NCBI GenBank assembly: GCA_030141605.1 | Contig: JAQGDQ010000036.1 | Coordinates: 806,001-870,000, forward strand | DNA: 64,000 nucleotides | Source: Tubiluchus corallicola | Taxonomy: Eukaryota > Animalia > Priapulida | Reading direction: 5' to 3' | Shown: positions 1 to 13,100 of the stretch, in pieces | How the letters are laid out: each line of letters starts with the position of its first letter | How positions within the stretch are numbered: position 1 is the first letter of the stretch | The notes under the pieces: generated by a model | What the model saw: the letters and a program-made list of their open reading frames with translations, nothing else | Told to the model about the DNA's origin: nothing | Databases searched by the model: none | Program-made: the position numbers and the translations under genes

Positions 1-610
1 ATATTGAATTAAAGTTGCCCATTATCACCTAATAGTAAAAATAATTGAGGTCATGCTTAGCTAGTTTGTCTTTTAAAATCTGGAGCAACTCACTTTCTGT
101 AATGATGTTTGTTATAACTAAGGTCGATACTGTACTACTACTAGCCACATAACAGTTTTCCTTCCTTATTTATCATTTATATTCACAATTACAAAATTAT
201 TAGGGTGTTTTTCGAGCCAAATTTAAACTACTTTTGTTCACTTTAACGAAAGAAATAAGTGAGAGTAATGTTAAACAGTCAATGGTAAGATTTGGACTTT
301 GATCACTTGCCGGCATCTTAGATTGCAAGACTCGTAAGGCTCGTACTAAGGTAAATCCTTTCTCGACGTGTTAGTTGACTGGTCATTTTTAGGATTGAAT
401 TGAGGTTTGTCGTGATCGCAAGGGATTATGCAGTCTAGTGCAAAACACTCGGGCTAATATGAAATTCTGTCTTGGTCCCACTTCTTCACATTTTTTTGTT
501 TAGTGATATAGTGTATTCGATTTATCACACCTGCTGATTCTCAACCTAAGTTCGCATTTTATCTACTTTAGCTGAACCTATACTTTATAAAAGCTAAACT
601 ACAAAATTAA

Positions 611-930
611 ATAGATGCTTTTCAAAGGTGTCTCTACAGGAAGCTATTACGTATCAAATGGTCTGGTAGAATATCTCAATAATGACCTTATGATTTGGTG
701 AAGCAAAATCCTTGGAGCAAATACATCCAAGTAAAAACATTGGATTAGACAAGTGCTAAATTGCCACTGAAATCCATAGCATTACACAAAAAAACACTTG
801 AATTATCAACAATAATTGCTCGTTCAGCCGGGTCAACTACTGATGTATGTAGAAATGCAAAAGGATTTTCGCAAACACAACTCTAGATTTGGTGGAAGTG
901 CATTGTGGGCAGTGGCAGATAGGATGGCCT
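611..930 (+). mobile_element. Degenerate non-LTR retrotransposon (RTE/L2-like) ORF2 C-terminal remnant in an LRP2 intron
   Basis: From 611 the sequence translates to IDAFQRCLYRKLLRIKWSGRIS, then NNDL after a frameshift. This matches the pattern I recall for the region downstream of the RT domain in RTE/L2-type LINEs (LxAFxxRCLRRILRIxWxDxISNxDL). It has frameshifts and stops; the end is approximate. Confidence 0.55.
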
Positions 931-1101
931 AAAATCAACAAGTATGACCTGCCATGTTTTAGTATATAAAGGCACAGCAATATCACCTTCTGTTTCAATT
1001 ACTGATTAGAATATCCAGATAGTAAAAAATCCATTGAACTGTCAACTCTATTCGTGACACAAAAGTAACAAGCGTTATTATTTGCTTATTTTTTTATGTA
1101 G

Positions 1102-4100
1102 ACAGAAAATTGAAAGGATGGACTTGAATGGCAGCAACAGAGAAATCATTTTGCAAAATGCTATCAAACCATCACAAGTAAGTGATAAATATTTTTAGCC
1201 ATAACTTCAGATTTTGCTTGTAATTTAATGGCTGTTAGTGTGATTGCAGTAAATGGTGTTTGCTAGTGTAAGTAAACAAGAAAATGGAATCCTGAATGTC
1301 TATATATGTTAGATATAAAGTTTGTAAACAATATTTTGGTGTATAGGTGGTAATTTGGAAACAGTACATGTATTGGACTGATCGCGAGAACAATGCCATA
1401 TACAGAGCTAACAAATACACTGGGGCAAACATTGAAGTCATAGAACATGATATTACAAGTGAGCCTATGGATGCACGGCCATTTGACATGAAGCTTTATT
1501 CTGCTAAACAGCAGAAATGTATGTTATTTTCTTTTGTTTTTTTTAATTGCATGTAAATTCTTAAGACAATTCATATATGCAAGTAGGCTATTTGCAAACA
1601 GTTTTTTCATTCATGAAAACTGTTATGTGCTTTTAAATTCTAAAGGGCAGTGTTGTCAGTTTTTTTTTGTACTTAACAAAGGTAATGTTACTGCTTGCTC
1701 CAAGAACAATGGCGGGTGCATCAATGCTTCATGCCATGAGGCCCCAGGTGGAAAGACAACTTGTTCCTGTGAAATTGGAAAGAAACTGGTAAATGAAGGA
1801 AAGATGTGTGTCCGTATGTATATACCTCATTAATTAATCTTTGGTCACAGGCACTATGATGCAAAAACATAATTTGGCTATGACAATGATTCAGCAGTGT
1901 CTTAATTGTTGACAAATACTGTTGTTTAAATTTATGTATGTGTGTTTAACTAATGCATGTGATAATTATTTGATATTTTTTTTAATTGTGTTTATCACAG
2001 TAGTAAATAAAATTGAGTGGATGATGGATGACATATGAAATATAATAGCATGGTAAACTAACTGTTAAATATGAGATTATTATGTTTTTTATCAATAGAC
2101 CGCACCTAATAACGTGCCGTAATTCATTTACTTATACGTGTTATGATCTATTTAGCTATTACTCATGCTGCCTGCAAAGTTTTTTCGAAACTAGTGTATG
2201 TAATGTTAATTCATTTGCTTCTGCTTTTCTAGCTTCAACAGCTAGTTGTACTGAAGAGCAATTCACATGCCTGGACGGATCCTGTATTCTTGATTATAAA
2301 GTTTGCGACAACAAGACCCACTGTGCTGATGGCAGCGATGAACTCGAAGATTTCTGCCGTTTCCACACTTGTAAACCTGATCAGTTTGTTTGTGCAAATG
2401 GCCGTTGTTTGAACCAGAAATTCCGTTGCGACTATGACAATGATTGTGGTGATGGTAGCGATGAATCGGGTTGTGATTATCCTCCGTGTGGCGAGGGAGA
2501 ACTTCGTTGTGAAAATTTCAGATGCGTTGCTAAAACATCTGTAAGTGTTGAAAAATGGATACTATTTACAGTACTAAATCATATGATAAAGGTCTTTGGA
2601 ACCCTGAAAAGTAAGGTGCTTGAACATTTTGCAAATTACAAGGGTTACATTTTCAGTAGTAAAATCCGTAGAGTTCGCAAATGTTCTGTACACCTGACAC
2701 CATTTCAAAACGGGAAAATGTAACTGAGTGAAGCTATTTCATGAGTAAATTAATAAAATAACAAATTGGTTGCTTTAATAAAAACAAAAATTAAAAGACA
2801 GCAACAGACTTTTTAATGTAAAAATAAAGGGTTTTTTATTTTTGCTTTAAAATGAACAAAGGATGCATTTAAAAAGTGTTAAGTTTACTCTAATGTTTTT
2901 GCAATAGTGTAAAATTTCCATTTTTGCCTAATGTTAATCAAGAAATTTTTATGGTTGCATAAAACTGTAAATGCTTAATTTTATTTCTCCTTTAGATTTG
3001 TGACGGAATTGATAACTGTCGTGATAACAAATCATCGGATGAACTCAACTGTCCAGTTCGTCAATGTCCTCGAGGTCAAATTATGTGCAATGGTACTAAC
3101 ATTTGTATTCAAGTATGGTGGATGTGTGATGGAGACAATGACTGTGGAAACAATGCTGATGAGGATCCATTTTTCTGCAAACAGCAAGCTTGTCCAGCCA
3201 ACGAAAACTTCAGATGCGAGTCCAATAGTATGTAACAGTGATATTTTGAGAGTTACTCTTTTTATTTGTCTGGAATTATTTAGCAACTATTGTGAATCTA
3301 GTTCGTGTAGCCACTTTAATGATGTAAAAATATATATAAGACATGTATTTCCTATAAGAGCTTGGACTTGTATACTTTTCTTTTTTGTGTGGCATATTTA
3401 TAAAATCTCTTATTTGGATTGCTGAAGTCAAATTTAATTAAACTTTGCTTTTCAGATCGATGTATTCCGGCATTTTGGGTATGTGATGGTGACCCTGACT
3501 GCAAAGACGGAGCAGATGAGGGAGACTTCTGTAATGCTACTGACACAAAGACTTGCTTTGGCAATCTTTTCACCTGTGACAATGGCAAATGCATTTCAAA
3601 GGTTTGGTTATGTGATGGCGATGATGACTGTGGCGATGGGTCAGATGAAGATGAAAAGAAACATTTATGCTCAAGTAAGATTTGTGATGAACTTGCTATT
3701 GTGTGGTTCAGTAAGTCATTTATCTTCTGTACAGCTTGGCTGCAAACAACAGAAGTTTTTCTAACTGTATGATTGTGTTATAATTTCAGAATCCTACAGA
3801 TTGTACCAATATACTAATAACTAATGAAAACAAAGGAATTTTATGTTAAATTGCATTTTTTACTGCTTGTGTATTTATTTTGTGCTTAATGTCATTTTGC
3901 AGGTAACTTCACGTGCCCAACTGACAGCTTTGAATGTAAAAGTAACGATAAGAATTCTAGATATCGTTGCATTCCTTCTACCTGGAAATGTGATGGAGCG
4001 AAGGACTGCTCAAATGGAGACGATGAAGCAAATTGCCCACCACCCCCGCCTTGCCGAGATACCGAATTTACTTGTAAAAATGGCAAATGTATCAAAGCAG

Positions 4101-7100
4101 AATTCAAATGTGATCATCTAGACGACTGTGGAGACGGAACTGATGAGCCTCGAAACTGCAGTAGGTTTTCAACACTATTTCAATTTCAGTTTGAAATCTT
4201 TTTTGAAGTACAATTATTTATTAAGGCTATGATTTGCTACAGTGATTCTTGTTAATGGGCGACATGCTTGTTTTTCAGCTTATCGAAAATGTACAGAAGA
4301 TGAATTCAGATGTGATAATCGTGTCTGTGTGCCAAAGAACGTTACTTGTGATGGTTCTAACGATTGTGCTGATCAGACGGATGAGACCAACTCCATGTGC
4401 AGTATGTTCTTTTTTGCCATTTACATTACTTTTTGATTTTGTGTAATAACTAAATTGGTAACTTTTGAGCTAAATAGTATTATATTGATTTATGAATTAT
4501 GCTCGTAGTAAATAATAGCATGGTTATGTTGAAAATTACCTGTGGTCAATAATGGTGGTAAGTAAAAAGTTTATTTTTCTTTACAACATGCGCTTGCTGT
4601 TAATGAATGTCTGGAAAGTTTATGCTTTGTGAAGCAGGTGTAATGAGTGAGGCATGGAGATTGAACAATTATGATATTTTAATGGTTTATTTCCTAATAG
4701 CTGTTTTCATATTTTGCTTTGTGTTTATTTGAAATAGATACAGAGAAACCCACTTGCCCTCCAGGCCCCACACCACAGTTCCAATGTGACAATGGGGAGT
4801 GCATTGATTTTATGGTATGTTCCTGTTATCTTGTATTAAAAATTATCACATAATATTGTAGTAGTTCCTGAATTAGTACATGATTAGTAGTTTTGCAATT
4901 GTTGTAGGTAAAATGTATATATATCTTATAGAGCATTTTCTGATTTCTTACAATGAGTGTAATTCTATCATCAGGATATTTAGTTTGCCAGAGATACTCT
5001 CTAAGCTTACTGTCAATGCTGATGATCTTACTCTGTCTAGTATGTACCATAGTGTCGTCATCTTTCATTTATGCCAGTTTGTCTTTTACAGAATTGTGTG
5101 GTCAAACTCCTAATATAAAAAAAATCTACTTTCAGTTTAAGTGAAACAGCATTTTAATATACCAGTGACTTTTTGTTATTCTTTTGCCATTTGCCATTTT
5201 TGCCAATTTGCTCTTTTGCCATTTTGCTCTTTGTAGCAGTAATCATAGTGGAAATCTTAGTGGTTTATGTCAGGCCTAAACCACACTACTTAATCCGTTT
5301 CAGCAGTACTGTGGAGTTGTTTTATGTTTTGGTGTTTGACATTTAGGTTGTTTGCAATGGCGAGAAAGATTGTACTGACAGTTCTGATGAACCACCACAT
5401 TGCGGAGTTGATGAGTGTGCAGACCTCAGACTGAGTCAATGTGAACATAAATGTGTGAACACGCTCACTAGTTATTATTGTACATGCAAGACTGGCTACA
5501 AACTTGCAGCAGATGGGAAAGCTTGTGTTGGTATGGCCTTAAACTAAGAAGTTCATGCAAGCTAGATACGTTTGTGAATAAAAGTATATTCCTCCTATTT
5601 CGAAAATACAAATGATGTAATCGTTGTTGTTCCTGTTACCATGGTGTATGTTCTCTAGTTTCCTTCCCAACTTCTCGAAGAGTGTATCATGCTATGATAA
5701 TAAATTACAATATGTTGGATAATACCCATACTTTTCACAGTAATATTGTGCTATCCATTGTGTTCACCTTTTCTGATTATGATGCAGACAGTATTTGCCT
5801 GAGAATTCCTCAGTGCTTTCTGTTTTCTACATTATTGATATTTTGCTGAAGTAGTGAATTACTTTCAAATTTTGCTGAGCATAAATTTGGTACAAATATT
5901 TTGCAAGAATGAAATAAAATGAAAAAACAAATTGAAATGCAATATTTAGTGATGTTTTTACCCAGATGAAATATTGTGCAAAGTGTACATTTATAAAATT
6001 TGAAAGTTTTGTTAAAATCAACATTTTCATGACATTCTTAATTGCGATTTGAATCATCATTGTGTTAACATTTTTCTGTTAACAGTCTTGTCATTAATAC
6101 TATATTTTTACTTCACTCAAATAGACATCAATGAATGTACCGAAACTCCTGGTGTTTGCTCACAGCTTTGCGTAAATACCCCTGGATCGTACAACTGCAA
6201 GTGTGATGAAAAAGCCGGCTATGCTGAAAAAGCAGATAAGCACACTTGTAAGAAGACTGATAGTAAGTATCTCAATTTTCTAAACATTTTTATAACATTC
6301 TTAAATTACTTTCAGTTATTTTTAAATTACTTTCAGCAGCTTAATGCTGTGTGGAAAATTTTGGAGACAGTGGGAGAGATAAGAAGAAAATTTTGCAACA
6401 AAAAATAAGAAATGTAAAAAATATTTAGCTTTGATGAAAGTACTACCTACTGCAGAGGCTGTATGGGATTGTACTTTTAGTTTGAGCTTATGAAATTGAT
6501 CTGCATTTTCACAGTTTAATAAAGTTTGAACTTGCTAACACAATTTTGCAGATATCACACCATGGATAATGTTTAGTAATCGTTATTACATGCGCAATCT
6601 TTCACTGGACGGCATGTACTACAGTATTATTAAAGATGGGTTCAAGAACCTGGTTGCCATGGATTTTGATTGGAAGGAACAGCGCATTTACTATAGTGAT
6701 GTTACAGAGCACAAAATTAGGAGGATGTATTTCAATGGAACTGGTATGTGCTATATAGTGCATCTTGGTTTTAGCTGATCGTATGTTTTGGCTAGATAAG
6801 AGAAATGAAAGCTGAAAATAATAATTATAAAATCATAATGCAGAAAACAGGACTGTGATAAGTGGAGCACCATACGTGGTTTGAAGGCTGTTGTGAACAT
6901 TTTTCTCTAGGCAGTCCAGTCTTGTATGCACAATCTATTTTTAGAAAATGGTGAAATTTCGTCTCATTTCTCATCTCATCTCATCTCAACTTCACCTCAT
7001 CTCATGAAATTTTGGTAAAGCAGTTTCCAGAAGAACTGGCTTTTACACTTGCTTAAGAACTTGAAAAAACTAAGCGCTCCCTTGTAATGAAGAAGAAAGT

Positions 7101-10100
7101 TATTTAAAAAAAACTTTCACCAAACAAAATTAGACCCTTACTTCTCGTAATTTCCATTATTGTTTTTTTCCATAGAGAATTTACCCAGTGGTGATATAAG
7201 GGTCACCTGAGCCCTGCAAAGCAAGGCATTGCCGAAGTTTGCAGAAACCCACAAGAAACATTAAAATATATTTGTAATACAGTAGGCGCTGCTTAATAGA
7301 CTCACGGTTAATAGATTCAATTGCTTAATTGACTCAAAAACACTTGGTATGGGCCATTTCTATTCATTGTACATAAAAACTGTCAGTAGTTGACTCAATA
7401 TTTTCCTTCACATACCTAAAACAAGACACTTGTGTGTACCTAAAGAGTCTTTCCTACTTTTATGTCATCTTTACTTTTTCAAAGGACCGTTTTGTTTGTA
7501 AGCGGGTATGTTTATCTTGTGCTAATACATTAGTGTAGTGGTTTTGCTTTGTATCTGTTACCTGTTCCTCCACTGCAGTTAACCTCATTACCAAAGAATT
7601 TCTGGAAGCTAAACATTTAATCACTTGCCTTGCGGTTTCCTTTTGAAGCTCTCGTTGCAAATCACGCTTTCGGACCCAGTTTACAGTCAAAGATGCAGGT
7701 ACAGCAATCAGCCAGTATTTCTTGTGACTTACAAGAGTAAACATACAGCAAATAAGGGCATAGAGTTAAGAAGTTTGAAAAATGGAGCATAAGCTTAAAA
7801 GTCTAACAGTTAAGGAGAAAAGTTTAGATCAGTACAATAAACTTCCAAAGATGGGGCAGAGATGTGCAGCAGCACAGTTGAAAATTTCCCAAAATACTCT
7901 CGGCAGAATCTTGAAAAAATGATCTGAAATCGAGCAGTCAGCAAGCCAAAATGCATATCTAGCATGGAAGAAACTGTGAAGTGGAGTCGGCATAAAAACT
8001 GCGATTTACAAATGCAAGAGAAGAAGGAATTTTTGTAATTTTTGCAAATAAACAGACTTGTGTGATTTAGAAAAGTATACTTTTCAATTTATTGCTAATT
8101 CACTTATATAAATTAATATTTTAAAATATTTCATTAAGACTGTAACTGCATAAAGGAATTTAGGCATTACCTCATTTCTAGAATTCATTAAAAGCCTTTG
8201 CAGTGTATACTAAGCTGATGACTCGTACTTCTATGCCAGTAATATTACACCCATCGGTTAATAGTTCAGTCGGTTAATTTGGTCAAAACACGCCGATCCC
8301 AAAGTGTCTCTTAAGCTGCACCTACTGTACTTGTCATTACAAAAACTTTGTCCTAAACAAGATCTTTTAGTTTTATCAAGCAATTTTTTGAACTGATTTG
8401 TCTGATTTGAATATATTACCCTAAATAACAACTACAGTGAACATTTCCCCTCAACAGTATAACAGCATAATGAAATGCACCACCAAATGAAACTAACAAT
8501 TAATTAAATTATAATAAAATTTGAGTGCATTTGGAAGCAAATCTATGTTCGTTAAATCATCGTCATCTTCGTCTTATGTCCATTACACCTACTGTAGACA
8601 CTGAGCAGGCAGAATTCTAAAATAAAATAAATATTTCTGTAAGACTGGTAAATGCTGCAGTAACCAGTAACAGTAATTGCAATGTGGTCTAACTTGAGAA
8701 ATTCTAGTTGATATATCAGTTCAATTCAGTTCTATTGCATACTTTTCAGACTATTGTGTAGTTTACAAAATGCTGAGCTTTAGTTGATATCTCTAGTCCT
8801 GTCTCACAAACATAGTGTTAAGAGAGGACTTAAATGATCTAATAAAAACACTTAAAAATGGCTATACCAAAAGCATTCCTGAATTTGTGCATTACCAAGA
8901 TGGAAGGGAAAAATGTAGCAGAAACACCACTGCACTGTAAATAATGCTGAAAGAGGCCTTGTTATTTATGTTCACACATATGAGAGACAAGATACCTTCC
9001 TGTCTGGCCAGTGTAGCAGGCTTCACAGCTTGGACAGCAATATGTACAGACCAAGCATTATTTATCGATGTAAACATCACATCACCCCGCATGCAGGAAA
9101 AAGAAAAGCAAAATCCTAATTTTAACTCGTCTTTTAAAAACCACTCTGTTACAAAATTTTATAACCAAATTGTTTGAATGCACCACATGTCATTGTAATT
9201 TGAACAAGACATATTTTTGTGTATGGAGTGATGAAATATCTTCTTGCCTGGTCTACAAATATTGCTGCTCAGGCTGCAAAACCTGTTATGCTGGCCAGAC
9301 AAAAAAATCTTCTTTCTCATGTGTGTGAACATAAGTGATCAGTCCTCCTTCATACAGTGCAATAGTTCTGCTGATACATTTTTCTCTTCAGTGTCGTGAA
9401 TGGACACAGGCAGGTGTGCTTTTGATATTCCTATTTTTGAGGTTTATTTATTATATTAGATCATTTAAGTCCTCTCTTAATGATAGAGATACAGATGTCA
9501 GCCTAGCTTATCATTTTTTTAAATTACGCCATGGTCTGTAAAAATGCTATAGAACTGAAATGAATGTTTCAACTAGAATTTCATGAGATCGAGTACTTTG
9601 TAATTATTGTCACTTTTGGTATTTTGTGAATATGGATTTCCTACCTAAAGTGTTAAAATTTCAATATAATTTAATTAATTGTTAATTTCATTTTGTGTAG
9701 GGTTATTTCCATTACAATGACTATGTTGTTTGAGATGTTTTCACTAAATTTGTATAAATTAAAAACATGTTTTTACATTACACATGATGTGAGAGGATAA
9801 ACTATATTACCTGTGAACAAAATCACTGCTTAGAACTTAGTTTTAGTTTATAATAGTAGCTTAGTACACAGCCAATGTGTTTTAACATGTAGTGTATTAT
9901 ATTTGCGTGCGACTTCGAAAATAACACTTCCTTAATCATTTTATTGCAAAACAAGCAACTTTCTTAACACTGGTATGGTTAATAAGTTTAAATGTGATTA
10001 TTCTTAAGTAAATAACAGCTAAATAGGTAATATTACCTTTCTTTCATCTTACAGTGTAGTAATATTCTGTGTATGGCATACATTATATATGTAGTGCATG

Positions 10101-13100
10101 TTTTATAATAATACAGGCGTAGAGGATTTAACATCTGATGGTCGTAAGCGAATATCCCTAGGAAATGAAAAAGGTATTTCGCCCATTGGCTGTGCATATC
10201 TGTGCGCATAAGTTGCACTCTGCATGTTGGTGATTTTGGTATCAAAGTACTCTTCATACAAGTTACTGCATGATTTATTAAGAATCTAATAATGTATTAT
10301 CTTTATCATTTCTTCCGTTGGGACATAATGGTTGTGGTTTAAACAATCGTTTTAACTTCACACAGCTGTACAAAATAGAACTATAGTTAAAGTGGTAAAA
10401 TTCTTGTTTCAGTTCAGGTTGCACTTATATTTTTTATGTAGTATTAATTAAGCTGTGCTACACTGTTAGCAGTTAAATTAAAATTCTGTCTTTTTCATTA
10501 TAAACTAGACGAATTTTGAGAAAAATAGAGTCTTAAAGGTGTTTTTTCTAAAAGTGGGCAATATCGCCAATCTTATTAATTTGTCTATGCTGAATCCGAA
10601 CAAACTGTAGCCAGCTAAAAAATTTGCGGAAAAAGGCCAAAAATGATGCAAGAAATCATAAGCGATTATAACATCTATTCCAGGATGCACCTAGGGTTAC
10701 CTCGGTAATTACCTGTATTTGCTGTATTGCATGTTCTAAGGAAGACAGGATGATGGATTTAGCATCTATGTATTAGGCTTCAGAGGTCAAGGATTTGGAG
10801 TGTTAAGTATGGCCACCATTTTCAAGATGGTCAAAATATAGCTGTCGCTAGCTTATAAAGGCCATATCTTAGGCCATATGAAATTTTGAAAGCCATTAGC
10901 CCTGAAAAAGCATTAGCTAGCTTGGTCAACAACCATACCAACCAGATTTCAGCATTTACAGTGAGAAGTAAAAAGATGGCTTGGCCTATATAGCAAGTGT
11001 CTGAGATGATAACAGAAGCATTCGTATCTGTAAGAAACACTACTAGACTGAGCAGCTGACTGAACTCGTGCCTGTGTTCGAACATTTTGTTGTGCTTCTG
11101 TATGACAAAGCTACATTATACTCCAATATCATCATCTGATTTTCTCTAACTAAGATGTGGTCTTTATATGCTAGGGACAGCATGTCACAGCCATCTTGTC
11201 GGCCTTCCTGAAAATGGCAGCCATACTGGATACCACTCTAATTACCTTTAAAGGCTATATTTAGTCACTAAAATCATCATCCTATCTGCCTTAGAACATG
11301 GAATATGGCTAATAATTACCCAAACGGCTGCAGTAGTCTTCATATTCTAAATAATTTGATGACTTTTTTAAGGTTTTAAAGTGTTTTTAAGCATCAGTTG
11401 TTGGATTCCTTGGCCTATAAAGCCTATATTTAAACACCAAAATCATATCTTATCTATCCTAACAGTTTAGATATGGCCTACTTATCACAGCCATTGTGTC
11501 ACTCATCTTGAATGGTGGCCATATTGGAAGACTTTTAATTGTGTCCATATCCAAAACTAAGCCCCTTGGTGGTTCTAGCATTGTGCAAAGCTTTATAATT
11601 TTTAGGTGAGCAACATGTCAGGAACGTGGAAGCCATTTTGTCTCTTTTAGTCTTTTTAGGGCCTAGCAGGTTTTTAGATTCAACAGAGTTGAATTGTTAA
11701 AAGTCATGTATTTTTTATGAGAAGTTGTTAGGTGAAACAACTTGATCTGCGTAATTTTGTTTTGTGTAGCAGTCATTTTTGAAACATAAGTAACAATTGC
11801 TTATAACTACTCTGAAATAGATGTCATAACCATTTCTTAATTTTCCTTGAATTTCTATTGATTTATGTAGTTTGTGCAAAAACTTGGCAACGATTTTGTT
11901 TCTTGCATCATTTTTGACTATTTTCTGCTACAGTTTTGAGCTGGAAAGGTTTTTTTGATTCAGCATAGTTAAATTGATAAGACTAGCAGTGTTACCTACT
12001 TTTAGGAAAAATGCCCCTAGAACTTTATATAGAAGCACCTTTTCAGGATTTTTGGAGTTTTTTCTAGTGTATCAGCAAAACAATAAATCTTTTTTTGTCC
12101 ATCAGCCCAGGATGTATCATTATTATTTCGTACTTGGATTGCATCTAATAATGAGTTTCGACATCCGAGGCAACCATTTACATTGTCTTACAATGTCATG
12201 CAACATTTTAAATAAATGAAGTTTCAATATTATATATTTAAGGGTACCCCTATGAATTAAGTCTTTTGATAAGTACTTAGATAAACCAGCGATTTGGTCT
12301 TTGGGACTGCTTTTCTGTATATTACAATGTGAAAAGTAATTATTCACTTTCACAAATCTACTGCTTAGTCTATTCAGCAAGTCTTAAAAAATATAGTAGA
12401 TATAAGTTGATGGATAAAATTTCCGTTTTTATTCCAATAAAAATAATGACAAATAAGAAAAAGATATGATTAACTTATTTTACATTTTTTCTAATTTGTT
12501 CTACCTATTTGACTATAGCTGAAATTTTTACTCTTTTACAAAATTGGAAAAATGGCAATTATAGCAACTTTGGCAAATGCTTCAATCAATTGATATTTTT
12601 ATATGTCTGTAGATTATACGGATGTTAAACTGTAAGGATTAGAAAGTGCTTAATTACCTTTTTACATACCATGAAGTGTTGTGTTCCATACAAAATGAAT
12701 TCCAAAAATATTTGTGAAATTTGGAAATGAGGATTGCAAATGGTGTAATTTCCACATTTTTATTTCTACTATGTACAATAAATTGAGAAATCTAATGTTG
12801 TTTGATAGGTATTGAGGTTTTGATTGCTGATAATACTCGAGCTCTTGAAGGCATAGCTGTGGACTGGGTAGCCCGAAAGATGTATTGGCTCGATCGCCGT
12901 CAAAGGACTATGAACGTGGCTGAGTTGAATGGAACAAATCGCTTCACTCTTATTGGCAATGAGATGGAAGAACCTAGGGCAATTATTGTTCATCCCAAAC
13001 GAGGGTAACTACTTAGCTCAGCATCATATTACATGTTTTATTTGTTTTAATGCATAGACATTGTTATCTGCACATCACAAGTATTGGCAATAATGAACTT

